Shown here: one piece after another, positions 14,482-29,438 of the stretch
How the letters are laid out: every line of letters starts with the position of its first letter
Numbering within the stretch: position 1 is the first letter of the stretch
Assembly: GCA_965153355.1 (NCBI GenBank)
Contig: OZ231126.1
Coordinates: forward strand, 22,940,001 to 23,004,000
DNA: 64,000 nucleotides
Direction: 5' to 3'
Source: Flaccisagitta enflata
Lineage: Eukaryota
Program-made: the position numbers and the translations under genes
The notes under the pieces: model-generated
What the model was told of the DNA's origin: nothing
Seen by the model: only the letters and a program-made list of their open reading frames with translations
The model's database searches: none

Positions 14482-14709
14482 AAAACAAGGCCGGATACAC
14501 GGCTACCGAAGTCGCGTGCGGGTGGGCAGGGGCCATATTTGAGGTCACCAGACCATTTGGGCAGGAGCAGTGAGGTCAAATAAGTAGAATCATAAAAAAA
14601 GTAAAATGTGACTGACTGACAGACCAACCAACCAACCGACCGACCGACCGACCGACCGACCGACCGACCGACAGTGCGGGTTGTAGAGTCGCGTGCACGC
14701 GACTAAAAA
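14482..14709 (-). mobile_element. Family A HINE-like element
   Basis: Complete termini with (CCGA)n. Other copies not listed separately lie near 8430-8640, 22293-22443, 23808-23967, 26293-26463, 26600-26787, 28292-28465, 36014-36244, 38594-38750, 43764-43931, 44650-44805, 54318-54533, 57930-58070, 59183-59410, 61440-61645, 62786-63006, 63502-63666 and 63811-64000. Confidence 0.8.
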
Positions 14710-16309
14710 CTTTAAAATGAAGAAGTTAAGTGCGCTTGTCGAAAAGTTGTTTGTGCTTTACCATAATAAATTGAAAGAAGAAAGTAGTTATATATGACCT
14801 TATTCACACAAAATTAGTGTAGCAGGAGTGCAATGGGCTCGTGTTATAAGAAAACAAAACCTAAACACTTTTCCTTATAATAAAAGCGTTCATTTTTGTA
14901 GCGAAACATTTTGTGAGCCTACCCTGTCAATTTTTGTAAACCTACCCAGCCACTCAACCAATATAATTATATAACTAGCCAAAAATGCTCCTTTGCTTAA
15001 TCTATGAACGAGAGAGAGAGAGAGAGAGAGAGTAACCGGCACGCATCGGAATTGCATCGTTAAAAGCGAAATGAAAGAAATATTCGCGTCGTAAAAATTG
15101 TGACTGCAGCAAAACGGAGCAACCGAATACCGAATATCTCTCCCAAAACACTCCTGAATTTCAAACAAAATTCAACTGGGGTAGGGAAACAGAGAGAGAG
15201 AGAGAGAGAATTGCGCCTAGAAATTACCTTTCTACAATTTACATTCCCTCAAGCACTTAGCCCTTGATCGTTGCAGCAGAAATTGTCGTTACGCTTTGAG
15301 AAACACGGGGAAAGAAAAAAGAAGAGAAAAAAGCTAAATGACGTAAAGATGCGGGTAAATAAGGACTTGGAGAGGAATTGAATAAGATGGAGGCTCAACA
15401 ACGACACAAAACAAAAAAAAGAAATGAACGCAACAGAATGAAATAGAAAATGAAATGGTTTCGGTTTGAACATTACTCTTTTTTCTCTTTGTCGAAATGT
15501 CTCCGTCTCTGTGTCTCTTATTCTGCCTCTGTCCCCTCCTCCCCCCCCCAAAAAGAAAAGAAATGGAATTTTCTTTTTGCCTTTGTCTCCGTATCTCCGT
15601 ATCTCCGAATCTTTCTAAAAGTCCTTGAAAGTGCACATATTCTTTCTTTGTCCATGTCTTTGTCTGTGTTTTTGTCTGTCCCCATGTCTGCTTCTCTGTC
15701 TCCATGTCTGCTTCTCTCTCTGTCTCTGTCTCTGTCTCTGTCTCTCTGTGTCTCCCTATGCTCGAAAACACACTATTCGTTCCATTTCGCTCCGAGGCAA
15801 CGATGCAACTCAGTCATTTGATTGCGTTTTATTGCTCTTTCTCTCTCTCTTACCGTCCCTGCCGCTTTTTATTCGATGTCGCCTTCGCTATTGCTGACGT
15901 TGCAACAGCAGCAGCAGCAGCAACAGCAACCTGAGCGGCAGAATCCGTTTGAATTTAGGGTGACGGAGTCGATGGCTGTGGCAGCGGCGGCGCGGCCTTA
16001 AATGCGTTATGTTGGCTTCGTTCTACGTTGGCGACCCCCATTGCCTTATGGCCCGTGAAATGACGATGGAAAGCGAAGGAACCGAATAACGGGGTGGCAC
16101 CAGTACGACAAAACCCCCTCCCTTACTCCAACAACCCACTGCTGCCTCTCCTCCGCCTTGATTCTAGGTGAGGAAGGGTCGGTGTTGCTTGCGATTGTAA
16201 ATATTTTGGGTTTAAATATATTGGGTTCTTACATATCGTGCCTCCAGTGGTATTCGATGGCGTTGTCGTGTTTTACCTGTCGTGCCACTGGTGGGATAAT
16301 TCCTTCTTC

Positions 16310-16343
16310 CTTCTCCTATCTTCTCAAGTTTGGAGTATTTCGC
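16310..16343 (-). CDS. Cyclin-dependent kinase (CDK1/2/5-like) N-terminal exon
   Basis: Pyrimidine tract plus ccacag acceptor, then AKYSKLEKIGEG, which matches CDK5 KYEKLEKIGEG at 10 of 11 residues. Similarity stops at the phase-1 GE-G position where human CDK1 and CDK5 have an intron. No further kinase exons were recognised in the window. Confidence 0.65.
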
Positions 16344-16812
16344 CTGTGGAGTAAGAGAGGGTATGGTGCGGTGTAGTAAAGAGTTTAGTACGGGGATTGG
16401 GGTCTGTTGCGATTCATTTGGATTTGGGTTCACGATTCCGGTTGGATGAATCCATCAACGGAGGCAGTTTGGCAACTTGACAAAACCTCAATTCCTCCAT
16501 TTGGCAATTAGATTTTCGATGTTTTCAGCCCGACTTTTTTGGCTTTGACGGTTGTTCCTTAGCGATGATGGTGGTGGTGGATTATGTTGATTGCGATTGA
16601 AGCGCCGCGCCGAATCCAATGAAATGATTTTTGGTGAAAACGATGGGAAAATTCTTAAAGAATGGTTCATGGGAGGCGATAAAGGGCAAAAAAAAAAAAA
16701 GGAAGAAAAATTGTGATTGGTGGAAGTGCATACAATGAATTTATACAATCTTACAACGATATGCGTCAAGGTAGCAAACAATTTTGAGATTTGTTGCATG
16801 TTTTGTAATATC

Positions 16813-17764
<952 letters not shown>

Positions 17765-18243
17765 GAACATAGAACAATATTAGTAATAGCTCAAAAAAGA
17801 TAACAATGAACGGATGGATAGATATTTGAATTCACAATTGAAATGTTGAAACCGGGCCTTATCAAAGAATTATCTAGAAATTGATGTCATAAATGTCATG
17901 GGTCAATTGTCAAATATGTCAAACATGTTAGTTCTTAAAATTCTTGAAATTCTTGAAATTCTTGAAAGGCAGTGGCGGAAGTCAAAACGAGATGTGAAAT
18001 AGGTCGAGTTGAAAAGGAATTTTGGCATATGCATAAGCATTATACCAGAGGAGGTGTTGGAAGCATCGGTAAGAGGAGCGGCTAAAAAGTCCGTGGAAAA
18101 TTACCATAAGAGTATGAATGCAGTAGCGAACGCGATGGAAATAGTAATGTTACATGTAGCTACAGAAGCATAAGCAAAGGCAGCTACGAAAACAGCGATG
18201 ATGGAAAAAGCAGATGCAGTGGCTACAAAGGACAATGCAAGTA

Positions 18244-18385
18244 CAGTTGAATCCTGCTCTAATGGATTTCAAGAGACCAACAATTTTTTTCTGTTATAGG
18301 CGAAAACAAAAAACAAGACGCAGGGACTGCATCTGTATACGCGGAATTTCGGTAGTGGCGGGTCCTTTAGATTGGGGTTCAACTG
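18244..18385. mobile_element. Short TA-flanked MITE
   Basis: ta|cagttgaa ... ttcaactg|ta with extended imperfect TIR. Confidence 0.8.
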
Positions 18386-18574
18386 TAGCAGTAGCGATGC
18401 AAGAAGAAGTGACGAAAGATGCAACCCATCGGTGAGAGAAGCAATTGGAAGCGACGGCGAGCGCGAGCCGGGTGCCATTGACGTCTGATGGCGGCTTAGG
18501 ATCAGAAAACAGGAATCGCGCGCGGCGGAGGAAATTAGGATCACAGGAGTTTCATTCTCAGCCGCCGACAATAA

Positions 18575-18700
18575 AATGACCCCACGTGAACGACCAATAA
18601 AATCACCCCATTCATTCATCCAATCACGTGACGTCGGCCAATAAAATCGCCCCATTCAACTGTAAGTGCACGTGACCCGTCACCCGAATCACGTGATCAA
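18575..18700. promoter_or_regulatory. Candidate promoter: three CCAAT boxes, four CACGTG E-boxes, a CRE-like TGACGTC and two SRE-like ATC(A/G)CCCCAT motifs
   Basis: Dense motif cluster next to a CpG-rich stretch (18450-18570); direct repeat ccaataaaatc(a/g)ccccattca. Confidence 0.55.
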
Positions 18701-18762
18701 ATTCAATGGTGTGACAGTATAAGTCTGAGTTACGAGTCTGAGCGTTAAAACATATTCGCGTA

Positions 18763-19448
18763 CACTTATTTTTTTTTTTATAAGCACCTCGTTTATAAGC
18801 ACGCCCAGCCTCAGATATTAGCAAAATTTAAGCACATTGCTAAGCACGCTCCAGGCTGAGATTTTTAATTAAAGAAAAAATTGTAAATTTTGAAAAATAA
18901 ATTAATTTTTAGATATTTTTTTTATTGAAATTTTACAAAAACCAATAAAAACTTTGATAGAAATTATAATTATCTATAATATCAATCTATCAGCATATTC
19001 AGGATTTTGATACTAATAGAAATGATCTAATTTTTAATGATATTTAAGAATATTATTGCTTAGATAAGAATTTATTGCTGCATCAAGGACCACCAAAAAA
19101 TATATATTATGATACTAAATAACATAAAAAATCTAAAAACTGTTTATATTAAATTAAGATACTAGTCTCATCTCATATAGGACAACATCAATGAATGATA
19201 CTGTATATTTCTTCATAAAAAATACATTCATTACTGTATCTTATACTATACTTAATTCTATACAACACTACTTTTAGCATTACTGTTTTCTATACCCTCC
19301 TGTGTACTTTGTTCTAGACTAAATAGAATAATTATTTACTTATAAATGATAAGCACGCATTTAAGCACATTTCAGCCTCGAAAATGAGATTTTGCTAAGC
19401 ACACTCAGCCTCAGCCGAAAAATTAGCGTGCTTATAAAAAAAAAAGTG
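18763..19448. mobile_element. TA-flanked MITE
   Basis: ta|cactt(T)nataagcac ... gtgcttat(A)nagtg|ta; repeated subterminal taagcac motifs. Confidence 0.8.
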
Positions 19449-19486
19449 TAATGGTTGCGTGTCACTTTTCATGGGACTGAGTAGCA

Positions 19487-20104
19487 TTTTCATGCAGGTC
19501 CTCGCATTTCTGTAAGAGATCATGTCCTTCCGTCGGTCGGTTGGTTAATTGGTTGGTCGGCCACGTTTGGAATGTGCAAAGCCGATTCAGAAGTCTTTCT
19601 TCATTTCTATAAACATGCCCAAACTCATCCTTTTTTCATTCATTCATTCATTCATTCATTCATTCATTCATTCATTCATTCATTCATTCATTCATTCATT
19701 CATTTATTCATTCATTCATTCATTCATTCATTCATTCATACATTCATTCATTCATTTATTCATTTATTCGTTCATTCATTCATTCATTCATTCATTCATC
19801 CATTCATTCATTCATTCATTCATTCATTCATTCATTCATTCATTCAATCATTCATTCACTTATTCATTCAATCATTTTTTCATTCATTCATTCATACATT
19901 CATTCATTCATTCATTTATTCGTTCATTCATTCATTCATTCATTCGTTCATTCATTCATTCATTCATTCATTCATTCATTCATTCATTCATTCATTCATT
20001 CATTCATTCATTCATTCATTCATACATTCGTTCATTCATTCATTCATTCACACATTCTTAATCAAGCAAAGCGCACTTATTGGCCGTAACTTGGCCTTGT
20101 TTTT
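19487..20104 (+). mobile_element. Diverged HINE-like element carrying about 400 bp of (TTCA)n
   Basis: Degenerate 5' palindrome, (GGTC/GGTT)n, 3' ggccgtaacttggccttgtt. Confidence 0.6.
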
Positions 20105-20705
20105 ACGAATGCTTGTTAGAGGTAAGGAGCACTGTGCATCGAGAGATGACCAACAAACCCGGAATCATGGAGAGGGGGAAGAGGCAAGTAGGTTAACTGG
20201 CTTTGAGATAAACACGCATTCATTTAATTTAATCTAAATTACCAATGTATTATGGTAGGGTAGGTCAATATGCGTTTTTGTCTCAGATTGTCATGTAAGT
20301 TACGGAGGACATCCGACTTGAAAAATGACGTATGATGGCAAAAAATCCGCGTTCAAATCCTTGTATGTTCATTGTTGATAACACTTTTCGCAAACAAAAA
20401 GCACAATAGACGCTGTTGGGTTCAATTAGGGTCACAGCTTGTCAGTTAATCTTCAAGTAGTTAATAACGATTAAGTACCTCACTTAAAGCATATCCACTT
20501 CTCTCTTATAACAAAAACATTCGTTTATGCTAGGAAGTTTCATGAGTTTCATTGAAAGTTTCGTAGCCTTAGTTGAGAACTGACTGCATTATGCAAATTG
20601 GGGAAAAAGGAGAGATTCCATTGCATCGGGTCTCCGTGTTCCTTCTTGATAGCGAGTGTCGATTTCTGATCGTAGAGCACCGCTAAGGCGCTATCCTTTT
20701 GTTTA

Positions 20706-21453
20706 CAGAGGAAGGAGAAATATAAGATGTGAACCCCCCTAAAACTGTAGCACCCCCCCTTACAGCTCAAACTACAGCAATAAATAATAAATTTAACATT
20801 GTTAATTAAAGCTTATGACTATACAAGTGGCGCCACCAGAGCGATTTTGCAATTTCCATTCCAGTCTCAAATTATAATAGAAAAACCTTGATTTTTTAAA
20901 CTTTTAATAATAGTTAATTTCAATGCTTTATTAAGCTATATCTTAACTTAAAAAACAAAAATGAAAAATTGCTCTGGTGACGCCATTTGTATTAATATAA
21001 ACATTTTTCCTCTATTACGGCAAAACATATGGAAACAGCAAAGGCGATAGCAGCGGCGACACCAAAAACACCAATGATATTGGAACTATATCAATAATGA
21101 CAATGACAATGACAACAACAGAATGACAATGACAATAACAAAATAGGCGATATCAGCAACAACGACAATGACAACAACAATGACAACATCATGTTATTGG
21201 AATTGTTTTGGGACTATTAGGATCTAAAAACAAACTAAAATCTATCAACTTGTGAATACGTGAAGAAATCAAACACTATCTTACGTTTAAGGATTTTGTA
21301 CTAATAGCAACCATTTGTTTGGACCCCTTAGGGGTCTGTGTTGGTTGCTATATATTATATTATTATTATTATTATTATTATTAATTGGTTAGAGCTGTAG
21401 GGGGGGTGCTACAGTTTTCAGGGGTTTCACACCTTATATTAACCTTCCCTCTG
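20706..21453. mobile_element. TA-flanked MITE with about 65-bp TIRs; inner inverted repeat at 20821-20992
   Basis: ta|cagagg..aaaactgtagcaccccccc..acagctc pairs with gagctgtagggggggtgctacagtttt..cctctg|ta; inner arms atacaa(g/a)tggcg(c/t)caccagagc. Confidence 0.8.
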
Positions 21454-21909
21454 TAGATGTTCGCTAATGAGCGAAGTACGCATTCTTTATTATCGCGGGT
21501 GTGATACATCCTGTTTGTGGGGGGAGGGGTGTTTTCTGCTGCCCAACAGTCTGCGATGATAGCGCAACCCTGCGTTATTTGTTGACAAGTTTCTGTGAAC
21601 AAACAAGTGCAATAACTACATTATACAAATAAGGGGATCGGATGAAACTATTTGTACATAATCATTGAGTCTTTGCGTAAAGTAACGTCCTCAAATTATC
21701 AGTTAATACGTCCATTCTTCCTTTAATCCAATTCAGAATAACAGATACACGCGAATATTAACTCAAGTCATGTATGGATAGTGATGAAGAAGACTAGATG
21801 GGCATTTTAAAAAGAGCGGAGGTCCGCTCATTCGCGAATCGCAAAAAATCGTGACCGACCGACTAACTAGGTGACCGACTGCTTGGAAGAGAAACAATAA
21901 AAAACTGAA

Positions 21910-21945
<36 letters not shown>

Positions 21946-21972
21946 GAAAGAAAGAAAGAAAGAAAGAAAGAG

Positions 21973-22011
<39 letters not shown>

Positions 22012-24299
22012 AGAAAGAAGAAAGAAGACAGAAGAAGAAAGACGGAAAGAAAGAAAGACGGATGGGAAGAAAGAAAGAAGAAGAAGAAAGAAAGAAGAAG
22101 AAGGACGGACGGAAAGAAAAGAAGGACGGGCAGAAAGAAAGACAGATGGAAAGAAAGACGGAAAGAAAGACAGACGGAAGAAAACAGACAGAAAGAAAGA
22201 CAGACAAAAGAAGACAGACGGAAAAGAAAAGAAAGAAGAAGAAAGAAAGACGGAAGAAGAGGAACAAAAGAAAGAAATGGAGACAAAAAGAAAAACAAGG
22301 CCGGATACGGCCAGTTACGGACGGGTTGGCAGGGGCGGAATGCGTTTTCCACTTTGCGCTCGATAGTTCGGACGGACCGACCAACCAATGGACGGACGGA
22401 CGGACAAAGCCTCTTATAGAGTTGCGTGTCCGCAACTAAAAAAGGGTTAAAAAGCGGAAAATACAAGGGAAGGAAAGGAGAAAAAAATTAGCTCACATGA
22501 AGAAAAACATTTTATAGATGAAAAAAGTCAATCCGTGTTCTGATCTAATCGCCAACGTGAAAAAGATTGACTGCTTCGCTTTGCTTATCACTCTGCATAG
22601 TCTCTCTGTACACTACCGAACGTAGACTGCTTGACAGAAGATTGCTTAAGTTCGCGCTACAAAAAATGGGTATAGAAACTTGTTGTTGGAGATTTTAGGG
22701 GGGAAAATTGTCATACCGAACTGGTTAAATCGGAGAGGAAACTCAGTTCAATTTATTTTCAAGATTTTTTTTCATTTTGTGAACGATGAAGATACAAGGA
22801 GTTGAAGGTCGCGCAAGGTCTCAATCTTTTACAAATAGCATCTCGAGTGTTTTTGCTAACTTACATGAAGATACATTAAGGTACGCAATATGACCTTCCC
22901 TAATATTATGGACTTGGGTCAAAACAAAAGTCGTTTTAAGATGTGGATACATTCATTTAACTTATCACTCTTTCATTTAACTTATCACTGTTGTAATAAA
23001 ATGATACGCTTGATAGTACAAGAAGGTCACTAGAGCATTTTGGCAGAAGCAGTGAGGCTAAAAACCCCATAACTTAAAACGGACGATAAAACGGACCGGC
23101 CAACGCACTGACGAACGGATGGACAAAGCGGGGTGTAGAGTCGCGTAATTAGGCGAACTGGGAACATATGCCATAAAGAGTGGAATAGTTGCCCCAGCTC
23201 CACAAGATTTGACTTAGAAATAGCAAAAATGTTATACTTTGACCTAGTAGAGCAACTGAGAGGAACTATTTACCGGTAGAAGGGTAAGAAGGCAATATGT
23301 CAGAAATGGCAAATCGGATTTTAACTGATTTTCCCCACTATATGTCTACATGAAGATGGCACATATTCTCAACTGCTTTTCGTGGTCTATACCCAAACCA
23401 TTTGTCTTTGATGGTTGGAGACTTATTCTATTAATGATTTTAAGGAAGTGGGGGCCAAGAAATGGACGGGGGCAGCCCCGGAAACCTACAAAATTGTCTA
23501 TTAAGTAAATTTGTAAAAATGGACATAGTGGGACTGTCTCCTATCAGAAAATGGCAATATAACAAGTTGAAAAGGCTGTATACCTAGTTTTTGAATTATT
23601 TCTGACTTTACTTGAATGGAATTTACCCCAGGAAGTGTGAAAATATCCCAAAATGTCATTCAAATCACTTTGTAACGCTCAAATAGATAGAATTCAACCT
23701 CAGTTCGGCTAGCATGCGACTAAAACTAAACCGAATTTATCATCATTTATAGGTTCCGTCTATTTGTGTAAAATTTCAAATGTTGTCTCCGCACCAACTT
23801 TCCCAATATTTTTAGTTGCGGACACGCAACTCTATAAGAGGCTTTGTCCGTCCGTCCGTTGGTCGGTCGGTCGGACCGTCGGTGAGCACGAGTCAAAAAG
23901 TGTGAAAACGCGCATTTCCGCTCCTGCCCACCCGTCCGCAACTGGTGGCCGTGTATCCGGCCTTGTTCCTTCATGTTGTGTTGTTTTCCAGTGTACTTTT
24001 TTACCACACCATGACAGGGCTTCTTACTCCCAAATGCCCTTTGCTTAGATTTGGCACAAAACAACTTTTTTGTTTTATCTTAGACTCCCGGGCTTCGTCT
24101 TTTCTGTCCGTCGTTTTATCAAAATGCTTTCATTCGTATCTGTCTGTTGTGTCTGTCTGTCTGTCTATTCATTCGTCTTTTGGCTCTGATTTCAGCTGTC
24201 TGTCTCTGTCTCCAGATGTGGCTTCATCTCTGTCTTTGTTTAAGATACTGTTTGTGGCTTCATCTTCGTCTGTCTGTCTTTTTCTCTCTTTTTTTTCTT

Positions 24300-24309
24300 T
24301 GTCTATCTA

Positions 24310-24369
<60 letters not shown>

Positions 24370-24443
24370 CCTCTCTCTCTCTATCTATATATATATATAT
24401 ATCATATCTCATATATATATATCTCTATATCTAACTCTATATA

Positions 24444-24484
<41 letters not shown>

Positions 24485-24543
24485 TCTCTTATATATATAT
24501 ATATCTATATATATATATATATCTATATATATATATATATATA

Positions 24544-24576
<33 letters not shown>

Positions 24577-24600
24577 ATCCTATATAAGATCTTTCTCTCA

Positions 24601-24639
<39 letters not shown>

Positions 24640-24670
24640 ATATATATATCTATATATATATATATATATA

Positions 24671-24715
<45 letters not shown>
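24300..24715. repeat. Compound (TCTG)n/(TC)n/(TA)n microsatellite
   Basis: Direct observation. Confidence 0.95.
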
Positions 24716-24722
<7 letters not shown>

Positions 24723-25933
24723 TTTCTCTTTCTCCCAGTCCCCAGGGGGTCGTGGTGCGGAATTAGTTTCCATATTGTAATGCTGCTCCGTCGTTTTTCT
24801 CTGTCTGTTTTTATGGGCTCTTTGTTGTTTTTATGGAAATGCAGGGGCCGGAGCCAAACCCGAGCCAACAAATTTTGTCGAAAACATTTTCTCCCCTTTT
24901 TCTTTCTTTGTTCCTTTTTTTTCTTTCTTCCTTTTTTTCGGTCGTTTTACGACTTTTTCGCCATCGACCGGAAAACATGGAAAACAGCGCCACATTTCTT
25001 TTTTTTTCCTCAGTTTTTTTTCTTTCCAAATTCTATATTCTAAACGAAAAAAAAATGGTCGTCCATCTGTCTGTTATGCGCTTCCCTGGTTTGCGACATT
25101 TTTGATGTTTTTTTTTTCTATCAACTGAGCTCAGTAAGGGACTGGAGATAGATTTTCTCATACTAATTTTCACTTAGCTTCCGCTTGTTGGGGATTCATA
25201 ACATAAAGAAGTTCCTTTCCTAAGGTCAAGTAACTAGACTAGTGCTGGTCATTCTAGTTTTTTGTTTTGTCTTGTTGATTCTTTATCTGTTGTAGAATAT
25301 TTCCGAATTAGTTTTATAATTTGAATGTTAACGTTGAGCAAGTTTCCTCAAAACTGGACTTCATTTTTTTTTCTTTTTTTTTAAAATACGGTCTGCCTTT
25401 TAGTGGAATCTCGAGGTATTTTTACCCATGAAAATCTCTCTCCGGTAACTTACCAAGGTATTTGCTTACTTTCTCTAATCTTAGTATAGGGAAATATCAA
25501 GCGAGGTACCACGATGATTGCATTGCAAAAAAAAAGTGTCAGAATTTACAAACCGCGATATTAAGCCTAGTCGTTGTATGAAAATTGTATTTTTTACAAG
25601 TATACGCTTAAAATCAACTTCAACATTGACCAGAATGACCAGTATCACGATTTTTTTTTTGGTTAAATTCAATGAAAAACTCAGAAAAAGGAGGAGTACC
25701 CAGAAAATCATTTCGTGAGTCTCCAAATGGCTTGGTAAATTGAAGGAGTCAACATAGCCTTGTAGTAAAATGTCTGAGGATTCCAAATCTGGTTTCAGAA
25801 AAATTTTCTTTGACATGAAAAACACTGTTGACTTAACATGATAGTTCCATGAATATGATATCTACAAGTAATGCAGTAAATGATAACGTAAAATTGATGC
25901 AAACAGTGTAACGTTCTGCTAACTAATTTTAGT

Positions 25934-26150
<217 letters not shown>

Positions 26151-27028
26151 TCTGTCAGGGCTAAGGATGCGCGGGATTTTCAAAAGCGTTTGCGTTCACG
26201 TTTTCCAGCAGCTCGCGCATCGTGTTACGCATCGCATCCAACGTTTTTGGTTGCTAACGCATTCGCGTTATGCGTTTTCAACGCTTCGTTCATTTTGTAG
26301 TTGCGGATACGCAACTCTGTAAGAAGCTTTGCAATCATCCGTCCGTTGGTCGATTGGTCGGTTGGTCAGACAAATGATCCGCTTTTGAACAGAGGTAGCG
26401 AAAAGGTCGATGATTTCTGCTTTGACGCAAATCTGCAACTGGTGGCCGTGTATCCAGCCTTTTTCTTATAAAACAAAAAAGGGCCTTGGGAGGGTCACAA
26501 TATTGTTGTGAATGGGTGGGCAACCCATTCACACCAATGCCACAACTCCTCTCAACGCAGACTTATGCACATCAAGCGGCTATGAGTTCACAATATCGTT
26601 ACGAACAGGTTGGCAGGGCGTCAACCCCCATCCACACCCCAATACACCAAAAGTACACAAAACGCTCATTTTCCCACTTTTTGACTCGTACTGATGGACC
26701 GACGGACTGACAGACCAATGGACCAACGGACAGACAGATGGACGAACGGACAAAGCCTCTTATAGAGTTGCATGTCCACAACTAAAAAGCTTCTAAAAAT
26801 CTCATTTTCCCACTTTTCGATTCATGCTGACAGACCAACAAATGGAAGGACAAAGCCTCTTTTAGAGTTGTGTGTTCCATCTAAAACAAGTTGATAGGGC
26901 CGGGGTCGCAATATTATGACATTGAAAAAAATGACATTCCTACATATTTTATTCTCCTAACTCGGAAATTTTTCTCTTTTACTCTTGTCCATCCATCCCT
27001 ATGTTTGTTGCTTTATAAGATGGAGCGG

Positions 27029-27110
<82 letters not shown>

Positions 27111-27175
27111 CTCTCCGTCTCTATCTCTCTTTTTTTTTTCTGTCTATTTTTCTGTCTTTTTTTCTGTTTTTCATC

Positions 27176-27382
<207 letters not shown>

Positions 27383-27659
27383 TCTTTTCATTCCCATTTC
27401 TTTCCGTCTTTCTCTCGCACTCGTATATATTTCTCTTTCTCCATTTCGTTTTCGAGTTGGTAATTCCATAAATCTTTCGAATAGCGAGAACAACATTCGC
27501 AACGACCTACTTTCATGCTCTATCCATCACGACCGGCCGCCACCGCCGCCGATGCACCTCTCAGGATGTGTTCACGCCTGCTCAGATTTATGCTTGATAA
27601 AAATTTCCGTTCATTCATTTTTCATCTGCCTGAACAAAAATAAGGTTTTGTGTTTTTTG

Positions 27660-27663
27660 TTGA

Positions 27664-27706
<43 letters not shown>

Positions 27707-27984
27707 ATTGTTGTTGTTGTTGTTGTTGTGGTTGTAGTTGTAGTTGTAGTTGTGGTTGTGGTTGTGGTTGTTTTGTTTTTGTTTTTGTTTTTGTTTTTGT
27801 TTTTGTTTTTGTTTTTGTTTTTGTTTTTGTTTTTGTTTTTGTTTTTGTTTTTGTTTTTGTCTTTATTTCTATTTTTATTTTTGTTTTTTTTTGTTTTGTT
27901 TTTGTTTTTGTTTTTGTTTTTGTTTTTGTTTTTGTTTTTGTTTTTGTTTTTGTTTTTGTTTTTGTTTTTGTTTTTGTTTTTGTT
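27660..27984. repeat. (TTG)n grading into (TTTTTG)n
   Basis: Direct observation. Confidence 0.95.
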
Positions 27985-28526
27985 CGCCTCAACAACATTC
28001 AACGTATTCACCATGGTTATTCTACTAAGGATGAATTAGCGCCGAAATTAAAGAAATGAAAGAAACCAGATGGAAGAAAAGAAAGTGACAAAATAAAAGA
28101 AAACAAGGCTGAGATAAAGGGAAGGATGAAAAGAATAGAGGAGAGCAGCAGAGAAGGAAGTCTAATGATTTAAGGGTTAAAAACTGAGTCGTTTCCGCCT
28201 TAAATCACGCAATTTTGAAGTGGAAATAACGTCATTCAGTAAACGCACAATGAAATTGTGATTGAAAAATTTCGTATTGAATGATAAACGTTCTTAGTTG
28301 CGGACACGCAACTCCATAAGAGCCTTTGTCTGTCCGTCCGTCGGTCCGTCGGTCCGTCGGTCCGTCGGTCCGTCGGTCCGTCGGTTCGTCGGTTCGTCGG
28401 TCCGTGAGCACGAGTCCAAAAGTGTGAAAACGCGCATTCCCGCCCCTGCCCACCTGTCCGCAACCTTTGAAAGGATGTTTGGATACACGAAAGGATGTTC
28501 GGACTCACGATAGCTAAACTGTCCAA

Positions 28527-28547
28527 GGGCACAGGAAAACTAAAGTG

Positions 28548-28645
<98 letters not shown>

Positions 28646-28678
28646 GTCTATTTATTCGGGCACAGGAAAACTAAAGTG

Positions 28679-28773
<95 letters not shown>

Positions 28774-28789
28774 GAAGTCTATTTATTCG
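28527..28789. repeat. About 131-bp tandem duplication spanning an (AAC)n tract
   Basis: gggcacaggaaaactaaagtg-(AAC)n-aagtctatttattcg occurs twice. Confidence 0.9.
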
Positions 28790-29339
28790 TTGACAGTACC
28801 TCAAAAGAGACAGAGAAATAAAAAGACGTACAGACAGACAGACAGACAGACAGACAGGCAGACAGAGAGCCAGACAGACAGACAGATAGACAGACGGACA
28901 GACAATCAACTCTCACTTCATTCATAACTTCCGCCTTTTTAATCAAACGCCCTGCATTGTTGTGTGTCGGTTGGGTGAGTTTTATGTAGGATGAATTGTT
29001 GCACATGTCACATAGCAAAAGGAAGTATCCCTTCACCCTACTTGGATAATATGGAAGAGAAAAAACTATGATGATCATCTTTTTTTAAATCTATTATCTT
29101 TTGTATTTGTTTTGGCTCTAAACTTCCCAACAAAATCCTGTGTAGTTTTTTTTGCAAAGAAAAAAAATTGTTTTGGAAAATCATGGTGATTGTAAGTAAA
29201 AACTAAAATATAAGAACATAAGCTATGAAAAAGCTTACAAAAAGGCGAATAACAGTTCAATAAAAGCTAATTCCACGAATGTCTGCATATTATTGTTTTA
29301 CCCCACTTCATTATACAAATAAGGTCCTCAAAATCAGTT

Positions 29340-29438
29340 TAACAGGGTGTGCAATAAATTTTGTACAAGCATTGCAGTTATGAAGATAATATACTTCATA
29401 CTGTAGTGTTTGTGCAAAAAATTTTGCACGCCCTGTTA
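29340..29438. mobile_element. About 100-bp hairpin MITE
   Basis: Near-complete palindrome aacagggtgtgcaa ... ttgcacgccctgtt. Confidence 0.7.

Noticed and set aside
18269..18478. MAPGSRSPSLPIAS... as a first coding exon after the promoter
   Set aside because: It runs into a MITE, with no clear donor and no recognisable homology.
20549..20700. TLAIKK resembling kinase subdomain II
   Set aside because: It lies upstream of the CDK glycine-loop exon in transcript orientation, and the match is weak.
23747..24064. Recurring peptides LVADTQLYKRLCPSV and KQGRIHG
   Set aside because: They are translations of family A termini, not a protein family.
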